Shown here: positions 38,965 through 50,759 of the stretch, piece by piece
Layout: every line of letters starts with the position of its first letter
Position numbering within the stretch: position 1 is the first letter of the stretch
Assembly: GCF_964204645.1 (NCBI RefSeq)
Contig: NC_134034.1
Location: 6,980,914-7,044,913 of the forward strand
Length of the DNA: 64,000 nt
Origin: Tubulanus polymorphus
Lineage: Eukaryota; Animalia; Nemertea
Direction: 5' to 3'
The notes under the pieces: generated by a model
What the model was told of the DNA's origin: nothing
Databases searched by the model: none
Seen by the model: only the letters and a program-made list of their open reading frames with translations
Program-made: the position numbers and the translations under genes

Positions 38965-40067
38965 CTAATATTGAATACTATCTAATTGTGAATTTACAAT
39001 ATTTAATTGTGCGTCAGATATAATATAAATGTGCATTTTGAAATTTTTGTCTCCTCTTTTCTTTTTCATGAATAATTGTATTCCATCTTTAGTGTTCTGT
39101 AATTTTTTTCCAGAACCATGTAATGAATTATCCTCTGTTGTTCTAAAATCTAACCATAATGCATATTTATTACCGGTATAATAATCAATTTGATTAATAT
39201 TAGAATTTTCAGATGATTTTACTTTTTCATTCATAAAATGTTTTCTAATTTCTGGCCATTGATCAATCATTCTCATTCCTTGACAAAATATTTTATTTGC
39301 TATTCCTTCGATAGTTATTTCAACTTTTGCTATTTCAGGATTATAATAATTATCAACCTTTATTGCGCCATTAGTATATGTTGCAATGGTAAAAAATATT
39401 AATATACCTTTAATAGATCTTCTTGGGAAGTTAATATTCTCATTAATTATTTCATCATTTGCATTAATAGTTACAGTTTTAAATTTATCAATATAATCAT
39501 ATAATAATGAAAATCCTTGATTGTATTGAGTTTGAATTGTGCTAGCAATATTTTCATTAGTTACTGTGTTATATTCTAAACATATATTCGATAATTTATA
39601 ACCCATATCTTTAACAACGCTAGATAATACAATTTCATTTACAGGAGCAAATGTTATCTCAATTATAATATCTTCTTGAATTGCGTATTTATATAAAGGT
39701 GCATTATTATTTATCAATTCAAAGTCTAATGGAATTTTATATTTGCTTCCATAAATCTTTTTAATCAAATTATCTGTGGCACGAGTTACTATTGCGTCAT
39801 TAGCTCCTGATCTTAATTTATTATGGTTTTCTGATTGGATGCCTTGAAATATCATATTATTTCTATTTTCTTTAGTTAACCATAAATCTTTATAATGCAT
39901 AAATAAATTATAATCATCTAATGAGAAAACTGTTTCTGGACCAATCTTTATAGTTAATTTTTTAATCAAATATCTTCCAACATTATCAACAACATAATTA
40001 TTATCATGACCAATTACTTTTATATCAGCTGATAAATAAATACTATTTGGAACATAAAAAGTATTTT
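38965..40067 (-). pseudogene. Major capsid protein, copy B (N-terminal ~50 aa deleted, remainder open)
   Basis: The 334-aa ORF is nearly identical to 51977-53224. Confidence 0.9.
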
Positions 40068-40196
40068 ATCAAATCTATCAACATTAACACTTCCCATTTT
40101 AAATACTTTTTTTAATACCATTGAATAACCAACAGTTCCAACTGATAGTAAGGCTCCATAATATAATCCAGTTATTATCCACTTATAATCACTCAT

Positions 40197-40553
40197 TTAT
40201 TTATCAAAAAAAATACTATCTTCAAAATATTTAGTTATCTTAGTGATGATTAAATCAACATTTATTTCATTACTAGTTTCATTTGTGTATATTTCAATTA
40301 TTATTTTTTTAATATCATCGATGATAAAATCTTCATCTAATTCATAAAATCTTAAAGATTCTCTAATTAAATTAGTAATCTTTTCTACATTAAAAGTTTC
40401 TTTATCTATTGTTGTTTCATACTCAAATGTTGTTTCATTAGAAAATGTAATATTTTTGATATGTGTAATTACATCATTAATGTTAAATTTCATTTCTTTC
40501 TCATGTTTAAAATCAAACCCAAAACATATACTCGGTCCAACAGTTATATTCAT
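40197..40553 (-). CDS. 118-aa hypothetical protein (homolog of 57435-57776)
   Basis: Shared MNITVGPSICFGFDFKH start and TKYFEDS.FFDK end; TAAATG start. Confidence 0.78.
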   Translation of the reverse strand: MNITVGPSICFGFDFKHEKEMKFNINDVITHIKNITFSNETTFEYETTIDKETFNVEKITNLIRESLRFYELDEDFIIDDIKKIIIEIYTNETSNEINVDLIITKITKYFEDSIFFDK

Positions 40554-40569
40554 TTATATAGTGAAAAAA

Positions 40570-41328
40570 TTACTCTCTACATCTTATAACTAATTCATAT
40601 ATCACAGGAAAGTTATTTAAATCAATTAAATATCCATTATGATTTCTTATTTCTAATTTAAAATTATTAAATTGTGGTATACAAGGTTTAAAATCACATT
40701 CAGCTAAATTATAATTTATTTGCGTTCCAAATTGTTTAACATTTTTTAATGGTAAAATATCTAATACACTAGAATTACAAATTGTATCTTTAGTTGCTTC
40801 AAATGTTTTTGTAGGATCAATTAAATTACAATAAATATAGAAATGTGTGTAAGGTATTATATTTGAGCTACCTTATACGTTTCTAGTAATAATACGCGGT
40901 TTAATTCCTAACATTTTAGCTATTGGTTTGTTTACATTAAATGCATGTTTTCTTTCATCATCTAACTTTATTTTAATTATATTAGTACTATCAATTTTAT
41001 TAAATTTAATTGAAAATTTATCTTCACTTTCAAGTTTTAATCGTGCTTTCCGATTAATTTCTTGGGCTAATGTTTCTAAATTATATAACCCTGGTTTTAA
41101 AAATAGATGAAACCATTTTTCTTTATATTCATTAAAAATCAAAAAGACTCTATGTTCATCAGTTTTATCCGATATATTGTAAAATGAGTTACATAAACTT
41201 ATATTTACTAATTTTAAATCAACACAATTCTTAAATTCTCTATCTAATTGTACTAATAAATTATGTGATTTATAATTTGTAAGTTTTCTAGAATCAACAA
41301 ATATTCTGTATTCTTTTAATTCTACCAT
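40570..41328 (-). pseudogene. Minor capsid (penton-like) protein, copy B, frameshifted near 40873
   Basis: N-terminus identical to 57794-58555; C-terminal homology continues in another frame. Confidence 0.82.
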
Positions 41329-41396
41329 TATTTATAACATTAAAAAATTACCGCTCATCACTAAAAATTAATTTTAATAAAATTTTTCCTTAATAA

Positions 41397-42305
41397 ATGG
41401 ATGAGAAGATACCATGCGAAATTTGTGGTGAACTTCTAAGAAAAAGTAATATGGCTCGACGTATGAAAAAACATGAAGAAAATTATAAACCCCCTAAACT
41501 AAACTGCCCAAAATGTAATAAACTATTCTCAAGAAATTATGTTAAAAAACATTCAGTGAAGTGTAAAATTAATGGCGCAACGGCTAATGTTGATAGTAAT
41601 GAAAGTAATAGTAATTCTGTTGAAGTTGAACCTGAAGTTATTTGGAAAAGACCTTTCTTATTCTATGATAAGGATAATATAAAAGATCATTTCTGTAAGC
41701 CTTGTCGAATAAAATATAGCCCTGAAAATATAGAAGATTGGGAGAATCATCAATTTCGTAAAGCACATATAGATAAAATTTCTAATAAATTTGAAACTGA
41801 ATTCAATGAAAGAAAAAATAGTTTATTAGAAAAAATAAAATATGAGAAAACGTTACCAGATAATGAAGAAACAGTTGAAAAGTTAGAAAAACAATATAAT
41901 GAATTAACAAGAAAAACATATTATTGTAAATATTGTAAATTGATTATTACAACAAGTAATTCAAATCTACATAATAGAACAATAAAACATAAAGAAAACG
42001 TAAGAAAATACCAAGAGCTTAATGAAGATCTATTACCAATAAATTATAAACGAAAATGTCCACAATGTAGTTATGCGACCTTAAGACAAGAAGGTACTGT
42101 GTTATTTTGTAATGAATGTGGATGGCAAAAGAATTTATTGGGTGGAGAAAAAACTAGAAATTTTCTCATAGATCCAAAATTAAATTATCTTGATGAAATT
42201 CAATTATATTACCTATGGCTGACAACAAGTTACCATAATGTGTTGTATCCACCAAAACAGCAGCGATTTCGGCGATCAGCACGGTCTTGTCACAAGTGTA
42301 GTTGA
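41397..42305 (+). CDS. Multi-zinc-finger protein (3' end probably runs into unrelated flanking DNA after ~42212)
   Basis: Several CxxC...H..H/C motifs (CEICG, CPKC, CKPC..H..H, CKYC..H..H, CPQC..CNEC); TAAATG start. Confidence 0.7.
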   Translation: MDEKIPCEICGELLRKSNMARRMKKHEENYKPPKLNCPKCNKLFSRNYVKKHSVKCKINGATANVDSNESNSNSVEVEPEVIWKRPFLFYDKDNIKDHFCKPCRIKYSPENIEDWENHQFRKAHIDKISNKFETEFNERKNSLLEKIKYEKTLPDNEETVEKLEKQYNELTRKTYYCKYCKLIITTSNSNLHNRTIKHKENVRKYQELNEDLLPINYKRKCPQCSYATLRQEGTVLFCNECGWQKNLLGGEKTRNFLIDPKLNYLDEIQLYYLWLTTSYHNVLYPPKQQRFRRSARSCHKCS

Positions 42306-42790
42306 GTGCGATCTTCTATTTTGTGGTATGTTTCAGTCACAATCCGTATATCAGCAGCTTCATCTGTACTTGTGTAAGTCACGAGGACTAAAAATTTGGG
42401 TTCTCCACCATCTGTAACCGGCTGGTTGTTGTATCTGCAGGCTGGCTGGGGAACTAGCATTTACACCAGCGGTACAGGATTCCATCCATCAGGAACAACA
42501 AGGCAGTTAAACCTTATATGTACAATCTTTATTGCATCCCGGAATGAGAAATGATTATTATAGCTTTACATTGTCTTTATATACAGAATCATGAGTATAA
42601 TGTGAGAACTTGGTGTCAGACAAGTTGTAGACATTAGGACTCACAAACAAACACCTAGTGACATGTTTGAGAGACATTGATTAATCATCGATGAGCACTG
42701 ACTATAGCTAATTATCGTGAAAACATGTTGAGTAATGTCACATGTTGATTACGACCTTAAAGCACATATTGACACTATAGTCATAAGTTA

Positions 42791-42847
<57 letters not shown>
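42791..42847. repeat. (ATT)n microsatellite
   Basis: About 19 tandem TAT/ATT units. Confidence 0.95.
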
Positions 42848-43785
42848 CATTAATATGTAGTAGAGGTATGAAATATTATGAACTGTTCGATATGACATTG
42901 TAGATCTATATGATTATGAAATATGCAAATTATATCAGGGTGACAGAGCATCATATTGATCCACAGCTAGATTTTCGTAGTATTTGAAAATGTTTCGTAG
43001 TATTTAGAAATGTTCTTAATGTTGTTTCCGTATGCGTGGGGGTTACGTTAAAGCCGTCAGACAAGAACGTACTAGTAGTAAGAATTACGAAAGTTTTTGT
43101 TTTCATCTACCAACGCAAACCATAAATCAGTCTATAAACAACAATTCTTTCTCGGTTCTTCTGCTGTGAGATCTGGCAAACATTCAGAAAATCTTTATAT
43201 AAAACTTTTAAATAGTTGGAACCATATTTGGTTGGGTCGGAACAATGGAGTGTATTTATAATGAGGCTCGTGAAGGGATCACGCTGATACTTGATGATAT
43301 TCCCGGCTACTATCCGTAAAAGGAAAAACCGGAAGTTTAGGAAGATGTGGTTGTTTTGCCTATCCTGTATTAAAATAGAATTAGTTAAATTGTAGATAAA
43401 ATAATTAGTATAAGTATTTCAAATAATTTAAGAATTGATAATCAATCACAATGTATTCCGAATCGTAGTTAATTATAATAATTAAAAAAGAAACAATGAA
43501 TTTGAACTGTAATTAGAAAAGAAAACAAAGTTTTGAAAAGATATTTTGAGTAATCTAGATGTTGTTTAAGAACAAATTGTTAATAATCGCTAATGTTTTA
43601 GAAAAATTAATTTGTGTTAAATGTTAAAACTAGCTGTCTGAAGTTTCTGTTGTCTGTATGCGCTCGTTGGTAATTCACAGACAATAGCTGCTCTCTCAAC
43701 AACGACTAGCAAGGAGTGAGTAAATCACAACGCGTCATGACAGGAGGGTTGGAAGAAAAAGTTTATATCAGCAAATCAGTTTCTA

Positions 43786-44583
43786 AACAAGAGCCCCAAG
43801 GGGCACAATGGCCAGCCTGTCAGATTTGCTTTTTATAAATGATGTAATCTGTGGGTTATATTTATCAGTATACACTCCCTGCTCAATGTCATTTACATAG
43901 TACAATCGTGTGTTAACACAGACAGCAGGAGCGAATGTAATATAGAAATACTAAGTTATTGTATTGTTCAACGCCCCCTGGTGGCCATAAACAAAAACCA
44001 ATGAGCTTGAAACTCACCTCAATCATAGAACATGTCATGAGCTACAACTTTCCAATTAATTATGGTAGCAAAATATGCTTAAGTATCAAAATGATGTGGC
44101 AAAACTTTTTTTCCACCTATGAATGAGTACTGATGACCCCAAGATGGCCGCCAATTGCGTTATAATTGCCTGGTCAAAAATACCCTCTCGGATATAAAAG
44201 ATCCTTTTCCAAAGAATACCCATTACAAATTGCAATGAAAAATGGCACACCATTAGAAAGCTACAGGACTTAACATTTTTGGGAACAAAAAAGGTCACAG
44301 GACGGCCATCTTGAGTCCGATCGACCCAATTTTTCTCATGCCGATGGGCCCTCGGGGGATACAAATATATACGAATGATCAAGGTTATTGATAAAAGTGT
44401 CTTCAAAATTTCCCTCGAAAACTTCTAAAATGTGTAAAAAGTGCTGATTTTGGCGAACAACAATGTCTGCCAGTCGGCCATCTTGAATCTGACAGGGCCA
44501 GTTTTTGGCCTGAAGATGTGTCTAGGGTAGATACACGTGTAAACCAAATATCAAGACATTACCTTGAAGCGTCTTCAAAACTT
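43786..44583. mobile_element. Helentron-type repeat related to 21956-23207
   Basis: Shares caacgccccctggtggcca..., caagatggccgccaattg, ggacggccatcttgagtc and aagcgtcttcaaaactt blocks. Confidence 0.7.
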
Positions 44584-45993
44584 TGGAACTCTCCTGAACT
44601 ATCTAGATGGTTATCTCTCGACTCAATAGCTTCAAGACCCATCTCAAAACAACTTTGTTCCATGCAGCATACCATTAACTCTCGGAATGCGAATTGGATT
44701 TAACATTTTTTTTGGCAGAATAAAATTTGATTGAATTTGCAATTCGAGCACATGGCTAATTAGCATATCAAGTTCATACACTCGATTTGGGAAAAGAAAT
44801 TTTTTGCGAACCTTGCGCAATTGTCAAGGATGAATTTTCTGTAGAGCAAATAAAAATTCCTCCCAAACACCAAATCAACTAAAGATTTCATAAAAATCGA
44901 TCTTGAAATACAATTTTAAATCTTAAAATAAAACCCGGAAGTAAAACAATAGACGATACCGCGGGTTCACGTGAACACCTGATTTCTGTAAACGAAATGT
45001 TGGTTGTGACAAATTGTTCGGACGGTTTTAGGTGGTAATAAGTATGGAAACGTAACGACCATGGTCGACTTATTCACACTTATTATATGAAATCAGGCCT
45101 ATGTGATATCCACATTTTGACTTTTTTACTCTCCAGACCTCCCTGATATAGAAATAAAAAATTTTGGTGGTACGAATAGTGCAATCACAGCGCCGACGGC
45201 GACAGAGCCGTGTCAGAGATCGGCGGAGTGAAAATTGCGGAGGTGGACGAACACGAAGAAGTAGGCTATTGAGCTACTTGAATGCTGGCGCGGCCCCGAC
45301 GCTTTTCGTTGATTAAGTAGTACAAATATCAAGCAATGGGTTTTCACAATCTACCGCCGGTGTTTACCGGATTTCAATATCACTCCAAAATTCAAAGAAA
45401 CCTCGAAATATCGAACCGCAACACTTTCGGTAGATATCCGCAGCTACCCAACCGGGAAACTTATTTGTTGATAGCATCGATAAAATCCATCATCTTCTCC
45501 CGTCAAGGGATTCGAACCCACTAAGCTAAAGCCGTGCCAGAATCGGGTCGGGCCAATCACAGCGCTTGTAACAAACCACATTAGGCTTCTGTGGAATTTC
45601 CCAGTAAATGGGCCAATCAGCGAACACGTAGCGAACGCGGAAGTATTGTCGCGTGTTGATACATGACGTCATGCGCAAAAGCGCCAGTAATGAAATCACG
45701 ATAATTCACGTGAACAGCTGCTGATATTTTTAGATAAACCAATCACAGGGAAGACACAACTTCCCGATTGGCTGATAAAAATTGAAATTTTCCCGATTGA
45801 TTTATTGAATTATGGAATAATGATCCAAATAATGAACAATACGTTGAGGATCCGATGTTTATACTAGAAAATGATTCTATTTGAACCTATATACATTCAA
45901 TGTACAGAGCTATGGAATAAATCTATAAATTCACAGCTGTTACAGCTGTTACTATGAATCATTATTACAAACATGCAAAAATACGTATAATAA

Positions 45994-46668
45994 ATGGAAC
46001 CAGAACAACCACAAACTATCAATATTACAAATAACACTGGTGTTATAAACATATACTACAAGAAGTGTTCTAAGTGTGAATTAGATAAATCATTAACAGA
46101 ATTTAGTAAGCGTAAGATTAGCAAAGATGGTTTTCAATATTATTGTAAAACTTGTATTAAACTATATACCAAACAATATCGAGAAGATAATAGAGAATCT
46201 TATAATGATTATATGACAGAATATATGAGAGAAAGATATCAAACAGATCTTAATTTTAGATTGAAACAATGCTTAAGGACTAGATTAACACAATTATTCA
46301 ACAAAGAAACACATTCAGAAACACTATCTAATTTATTGGGTTGTTCAGATGAATTTCTCAAATCATGGATTATATTTCAATTCGATGATAAAATGAATAT
46401 AGATAATTATGGGGATTATTACCATATTGATCACGTGTTACCAATATCTAAATTTAACATGAACGATGAATACAATAAAAAACTTATTTGGGGTTGGAAA
46501 AATTTAAGGCCTTTAGAAAAGAAAGAAAATCAAACCAAATCTAATAAACTAGATTTACAGTTATATTTAGAACAGTTAACAAAAGCAAAGAAATTTATTG
46601 ATCAATGGAATAATGATCCAAATAATAAACAATACGTTGAGGAATTTGATATCAAGGATCCGAAATGA
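45994..46668 (+). CDS. HNH-family endonuclease of the type common in large DNA viruses, with N-terminal Zn ribbon
   Basis: KKCSKC...FSKRKISKDG.QYYCKTC; YHIDHVLPIS...NLRPLEKKENQTKSNK. Confidence 0.82.
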   Translation: MEPEQPQTINITNNTGVINIYYKKCSKCELDKSLTEFSKRKISKDGFQYYCKTCIKLYTKQYREDNRESYNDYMTEYMRERYQTDLNFRLKQCLRTRLTQLFNKETHSETLSNLLGCSDEFLKSWIIFQFDDKMNIDNYGDYYHIDHVLPISKFNMNDEYNKKLIWGWKNLRPLEKKENQTKSNKLDLQLYLEQLTKAKKFIDQWNNDPNNKQYVEEFDIKDPK

Positions 46669-47000
46669 CTTATCTGGACAGTTATAACTACTGCTCCTAA
46701 TAGATGGTGCCATAAACAGCACCCATACAGTGATAGACAAAAGTAGTGAGATATCAAATCCTAATTTAAATAAAATATAATAAAAAAACAATAACTTCAA
46801 CTGCTAGTGAATTCTATTATATTTTTAATATTTTCTTTTCAAAAAGAGAATACTTTATATTTTGAATAGATCCGAATAGAAATTCTTTAAATTCAAATAG
46901 CTAGTATCAGTAGTCAATACTAGAGTTCTTTAACTTTAACTATCTAGTATCATTTGAAGAATACTTATAATATTTTTTTTGCTTTTTTTCTCTAATATAA

Positions 47001-47603
47001 ATGTCAAAGAAATCTAATAAGAATAGTATTGATATTGAAAACACATTAGATGATTTAGGTATTAGTGATAATAAAGATACAGTTGTTTCTAATTCTATTC
47101 AAGTTAATAACAATATTGATTATGAATACTATTTATATTGTAAGCATCATCTTGAATTATTAATTGCTGGCGGGAAATCTAAGGACTTCTTAGGAAAAAT
47201 AATAACTTTTCAAGAACTAGACTCTATGAAACCCGATAAAGTAATAAAATATTTTAAGATTTATGAAGAGGCAAGATTATCTAAAATAAATGATTCTATT
47301 TTGAATGGTATTGTCAAATGTTATTCTAAGTTATGTAACCAGTTAATACCAATTGATGATGAAAATAAATTATATAGTGATTTAAAAAATGACTACTTAG
47401 TTATGGCTGAATTACAAAAATGGGTTGGATATGCTTCATTTCAATTGGGATCGGTTATGACATTAATTTCTACTGGCGTCATAACATTTTCGAACATCAA
47501 GCCTATGGAATATAAATCAGGTAAGAACGAAACAGATGTACTACAACCAAACGTCGAAACAGAAAATGAATCGGAACAAAAATTAACTAAAATAAATGAG
47601 TGA
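47001..47603 (+). CDS. 200-aa hypothetical protein with a C-terminal hydrophobic segment
   Basis: Conserved with the copy A 37712 ORF; TAAATG start. Confidence 0.78.
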   Translation: MSKKSNKNSIDIENTLDDLGISDNKDTVVSNSIQVNNNIDYEYYLYCKHHLELLIAGGKSKDFLGKIITFQELDSMKPDKVIKYFKIYEEARLSKINDSILNGIVKCYSKLCNQLIPIDDENKLYSDLKNDYLVMAELQKWVGYASFQLGSVMTLISTGVITFSNIKPMEYKSGKNETDVLQPNVETENESEQKLTKINE

Positions 47604-47989
47604 TGGAGTTAAGAAAAAGGTTAGATCCGATAAACAAATTAAATGGGCAAGAGAATTAGGTAAAAGATCTTCAGAATTAAAAAAGCTAAGAAAAAGAAAT
47701 TAACTGACATAAATGAATCACAGAAATTATCTGATGATGCCGTACGGCACCCACACGGTGGTAATGATTCAAATAATAATCCATCTAATTCTTCTAATAG
47801 TGGAAGAAATAATTACTTATATATTACAATTGGGTTAATCACAATTTTTATATTCTCCGGTGTAATATATAAATCAAAATTCAATTCTGATGATAAAGAT
47901 GATTCCAATGATGATAAACCTATTATACCAGAAAATAAGTCAAATCATAAATCAAATGAAAATAAATCTAAAATATTATTAATGGATTA
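47596..47989 (+). pseudogene. ~130-aa single-TM protein with a frameshift near 47695 (not in the ORF track)
   Basis: TAAATG start MSDGVKKKVRSDKQIKWARELG; continues in another frame as NYLYITIGLITIFIFSGVIY...KILLMD*; homolog in copy A. Confidence 0.7.
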
Positions 47990-47996
47990 AAATAAG

Positions 47997-49082
47997 ATGA
48001 AAAAAGAACAATATTTAAGAGATTTATATTATAACCCAGAAAGTGAAGTATCATATTCTAACGTTTCAGAATTATGGAATAAAATTAAATCTGATAATAG
48101 CAATATAAAATATAGTGAATTAAAATCATGGTTACAAAATCAACCAACATATCAAATCCACAAGAAAATGGATAAAAAATATTTAACAAGAAAAGTAATG
48201 GTTTCATATATTGACCAACAATGGCAAGCTGATTTAATTGATATGAAGAACTTAGAGGAATACAACAAAGGATATTTTTGGATACTAAATGTTATAGATA
48301 TATTCAGTAGATACGCATGGAGTATCCCGATTAAAAATAAAACTGGTATAGAAGTAACAAATGCTTTTAAATCTATATTTAAAGAAGCTATCCCAGATAA
48401 AATACAATTTGATGAAGGTAAGGAATTTTATAACAAACATTTTAAAAAACTATCAACTGATAACGATGTAGAATATTTTTCAACACATTCAGATAAAAAA
48501 GCATCTGTTATAGAAAGATTTAATAAAACATTGAAAACTAGAATGTGGAAATATTTTACTGCTAATGAAACATATAAATATATCGATGTGTTAGATGATT
48601 TAGTGAAAGGTTATAATAATTCTAAACATAGTTCTATAAATATGAAACCTATACAAGCTAGAAAAGAAGAAAATTCAGAAATAGTTTGGAATAATTTATA
48701 TGGAGCATTTGTTACACATGATTTTGGAGAACCTAAATTTAAAATTGGACAACACGTAAGAATTTCTAAATATAGAAAAACATTTTATAAAGGTTATACC
48801 CCTAATTTTACTGAAGAAATATTCAAGATTAAAAAGATAATATTAACTAAACCATTTGTTTATAAATTGTTTGATTTAAAAGATGAAGAAATATTAGGTT
48901 ATTTTTATGAACAAGAATTATCATTAGTACCAAATCCAGATGAAATAGAATACAAAATAGAAAAGGTATTAAAAACAAAAACTCTTAAAGGAAAAAAGTA
49001 TTCTTTGGTGAAATATAAAGGATATGATGATAAATTTAATGAATGGATTTTATCTAGTAAAATTAAAAGAATAAATGAATAA
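47997..49082 (+). CDS. Retroviral-like (RVE/c-integrase) DDE integrase with C-terminal chromodomain
   Basis: QWQADLIDM, VIDIFSRYAW, IQFDEGKEF, IERFNKTLK; chromodomain YKIEKVLK...SLVKYKGYDDKFNEWI. Confidence 0.95.
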   Translation: MKKEQYLRDLYYNPESEVSYSNVSELWNKIKSDNSNIKYSELKSWLQNQPTYQIHKKMDKKYLTRKVMVSYIDQQWQADLIDMKNLEEYNKGYFWILNVIDIFSRYAWSIPIKNKTGIEVTNAFKSIFKEAIPDKIQFDEGKEFYNKHFKKLSTDNDVEYFSTHSDKKASVIERFNKTLKTRMWKYFTANETYKYIDVLDDLVKGYNNSKHSSINMKPIQARKEENSEIVWNNLYGAFVTHDFGEPKFKIGQHVRISKYRKTFYKGYTPNFTEEIFKIKKIILTKPFVYKLFDLKDEEILGYFYEQELSLVPNPDEIEYKIEKVLKTKTLKGKKYSLVKYKGYDDKFNEWILSSKIKRINE

Positions 49083-49689
49083 AGATTTGTTTATATTTGA
49101 ACCGCATAATATGTTAGTTACTGGAGTTACAAATTGTGGTAAAACACACTTCATATTAGATTTATTAGAAACTATTTATAAAAATCATTTCGATAATATA
49201 ATATTATTCTGCCCAACTTATGAAATGAATGAAACGTATAATAGAGATATAGTTTTTAAAGATAAAAAGTTTATTATATTAAATTCTAAAACAGTGAAAG
49301 ATAATTTAGATAATTGTATAAAAATTGCATTAGATATTTATAAAGGATCTAATACATTATTTATTATTGATGATTGCGCAAATTTACATGATTCTAAAAT
49401 TAGAGAAAGTGAGTTGTGTTATTTAGCTTTCTCTGGTAGACATTTTGGGATAACAACTTGGGTTTTAAATCAGAAATATAATTCAATTGTGAAAGATTTT
49501 AGAGAGAATATAAGATTTCTAGTTTTATTCTACAACAAAGATAGAAAATCTATGCAACAATCATTGGAAGAAAATCGAATTATACCTCCTGAATTACATG
49601 ATGAATATATGAATAAATTAAAGAATAATAAAGGTTCAAAATTATTACTGAGATTACAATTTCCATATGAATATAAATTTATAAAATAA
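49075..49689 (+). CDS. A32/FtsK-like DNA packaging ATPase
   Basis: Walker A GVTNCGKT, Walker B FIIDD, GRHFGI..LNQ motifs. Confidence 0.92.
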   Translation: MNKDLFIFEPHNMLVTGVTNCGKTHFILDLLETIYKNHFDNIILFCPTYEMNETYNRDIVFKDKKFIILNSKTVKDNLDNCIKIALDIYKGSNTLFIIDDCANLHDSKIRESELCYLAFSGRHFGITTWVLNQKYNSIVKDFRENIRFLVLFYNKDRKSMQQSLEENRIIPPELHDEYMNKLKNNKGSKLLLRLQFPYEYKFIK

Positions 49690-49699
49690 CTATTTGTAT

Positions 49700-50745
49700 A
49701 CCTATGTATTAGATATGTATTAGATATGTATTATATACCTCCCCTAATGTCTTTATTATCTTTAGTACTTTAGTACTTTTAGTACATAAAGAATTAATCT
49801 TTATTTTATTAGTAGTGAATAAAATAAAATAGAACTACTAAACTACTAAAGATAATAAAGACATAACAAACACCATAGATTTATCATTACTGAATCAAAT
49901 ATATATAATAAATCTGTAAGATAAATAAATTTATGATATTTATTACATCTATATGTGTTTGTTATGTCTTTATTATCTTTAGTAGGTTTAGTACTTTTAG
50001 TACATAAAGAATAAATCTTTATTTGATTAGTACTTAGAAAAATAAATATATAAATAATTTTTATAAATGATAAATATATGATATATATAATAAATATGTG
50101 TGATAAATAGATTTAATTATTGAAACGGTAATATATAAAATCCATCAGATGAATAAATATATATATTTATATCTTTATTATCTTTAGTAGTTTAGTAGTT
50201 TTAAAAATAATTTTATTCACTACTAATAAAATAAAGATTTATTCTTTATGTACTAAAAGTACTAAACTACTAAAGATAATAAAGACATAACAAACACCAT
50301 AGATTTATCATTACTGAATCAAATATATATAATAAATCTGTAAGATAAATAAATTTATGATATTTATTACATCTATATGTGTTTGTTATGTCTTTATTAT
50401 CTTTAGTAGGTTTAGTACTTTTAGTACATAAAGAATAAATCTTTATTTGATTAGTACTTAGAAAAATAAATATATAAATAATTTTTATAAATGATAAATA
50501 TATGATATATATAATAAATATGTGTGATAAATAGATTTAATTATTGAAACAGTAATATATAAAATCCATCAGATGAATAAATATAATTATTGAAACAGTG
50601 TTATATATATATGTATGTCTTTATTATCTTTAGTAGTTTAGTAGTTTTAAAAATAATTTTATTCACTACTAATAAAATAAAGATTTATTCTTTATGTACT
50701 AAAAGTACTAAACTACTAAAGACAATAAAGACACAAAGGTATTAT
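49700..50745. repeat. AT-rich intergenic region of interleaved direct and inverted repeats (~424-bp tandem period)
   Basis: tgtctttattatctttagta and its reverse complement tactaaagataataaagaca recur throughout; ~49860-50280 is repeated at ~50284-50700. Confidence 0.88.
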
Positions 50746-50759
50746 ATTCATATTTTAAA

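Larger units (their letters stand above)
38700..42212 (-). mobile_element. Polinton/Maverick-like endogenous virus, decayed copy B (inverted relative to A)
   Basis: Remnant of the 113-aa gene (..GKNEDGHHDLEI, ~38727-38945), MCP 38965-40067, a ~4.2-kb deletion joining it to the 73-aa gene, 118-aa gene, minor capsid, and a divergently oriented Zn-finger gene. Confidence 0.9.

Noticed and set aside
45500-45800. Left TIR of Polinton copy C
   Set aside because: Contains CCAAT-like words but no real match to 63020-63644; 45700-45795 instead resembles the host repeat at 14685-14777.
47731-47765. Hammerhead ribozyme (CTGATGA plus hairpin)
   Set aside because: The required GAAA core after stem II is missing.
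47991-47999. Baculovirus late promoter TAAG before the integrase
   Set aside because: Single occurrence, and the copy A integrase has TAAATG; best read as a variant.
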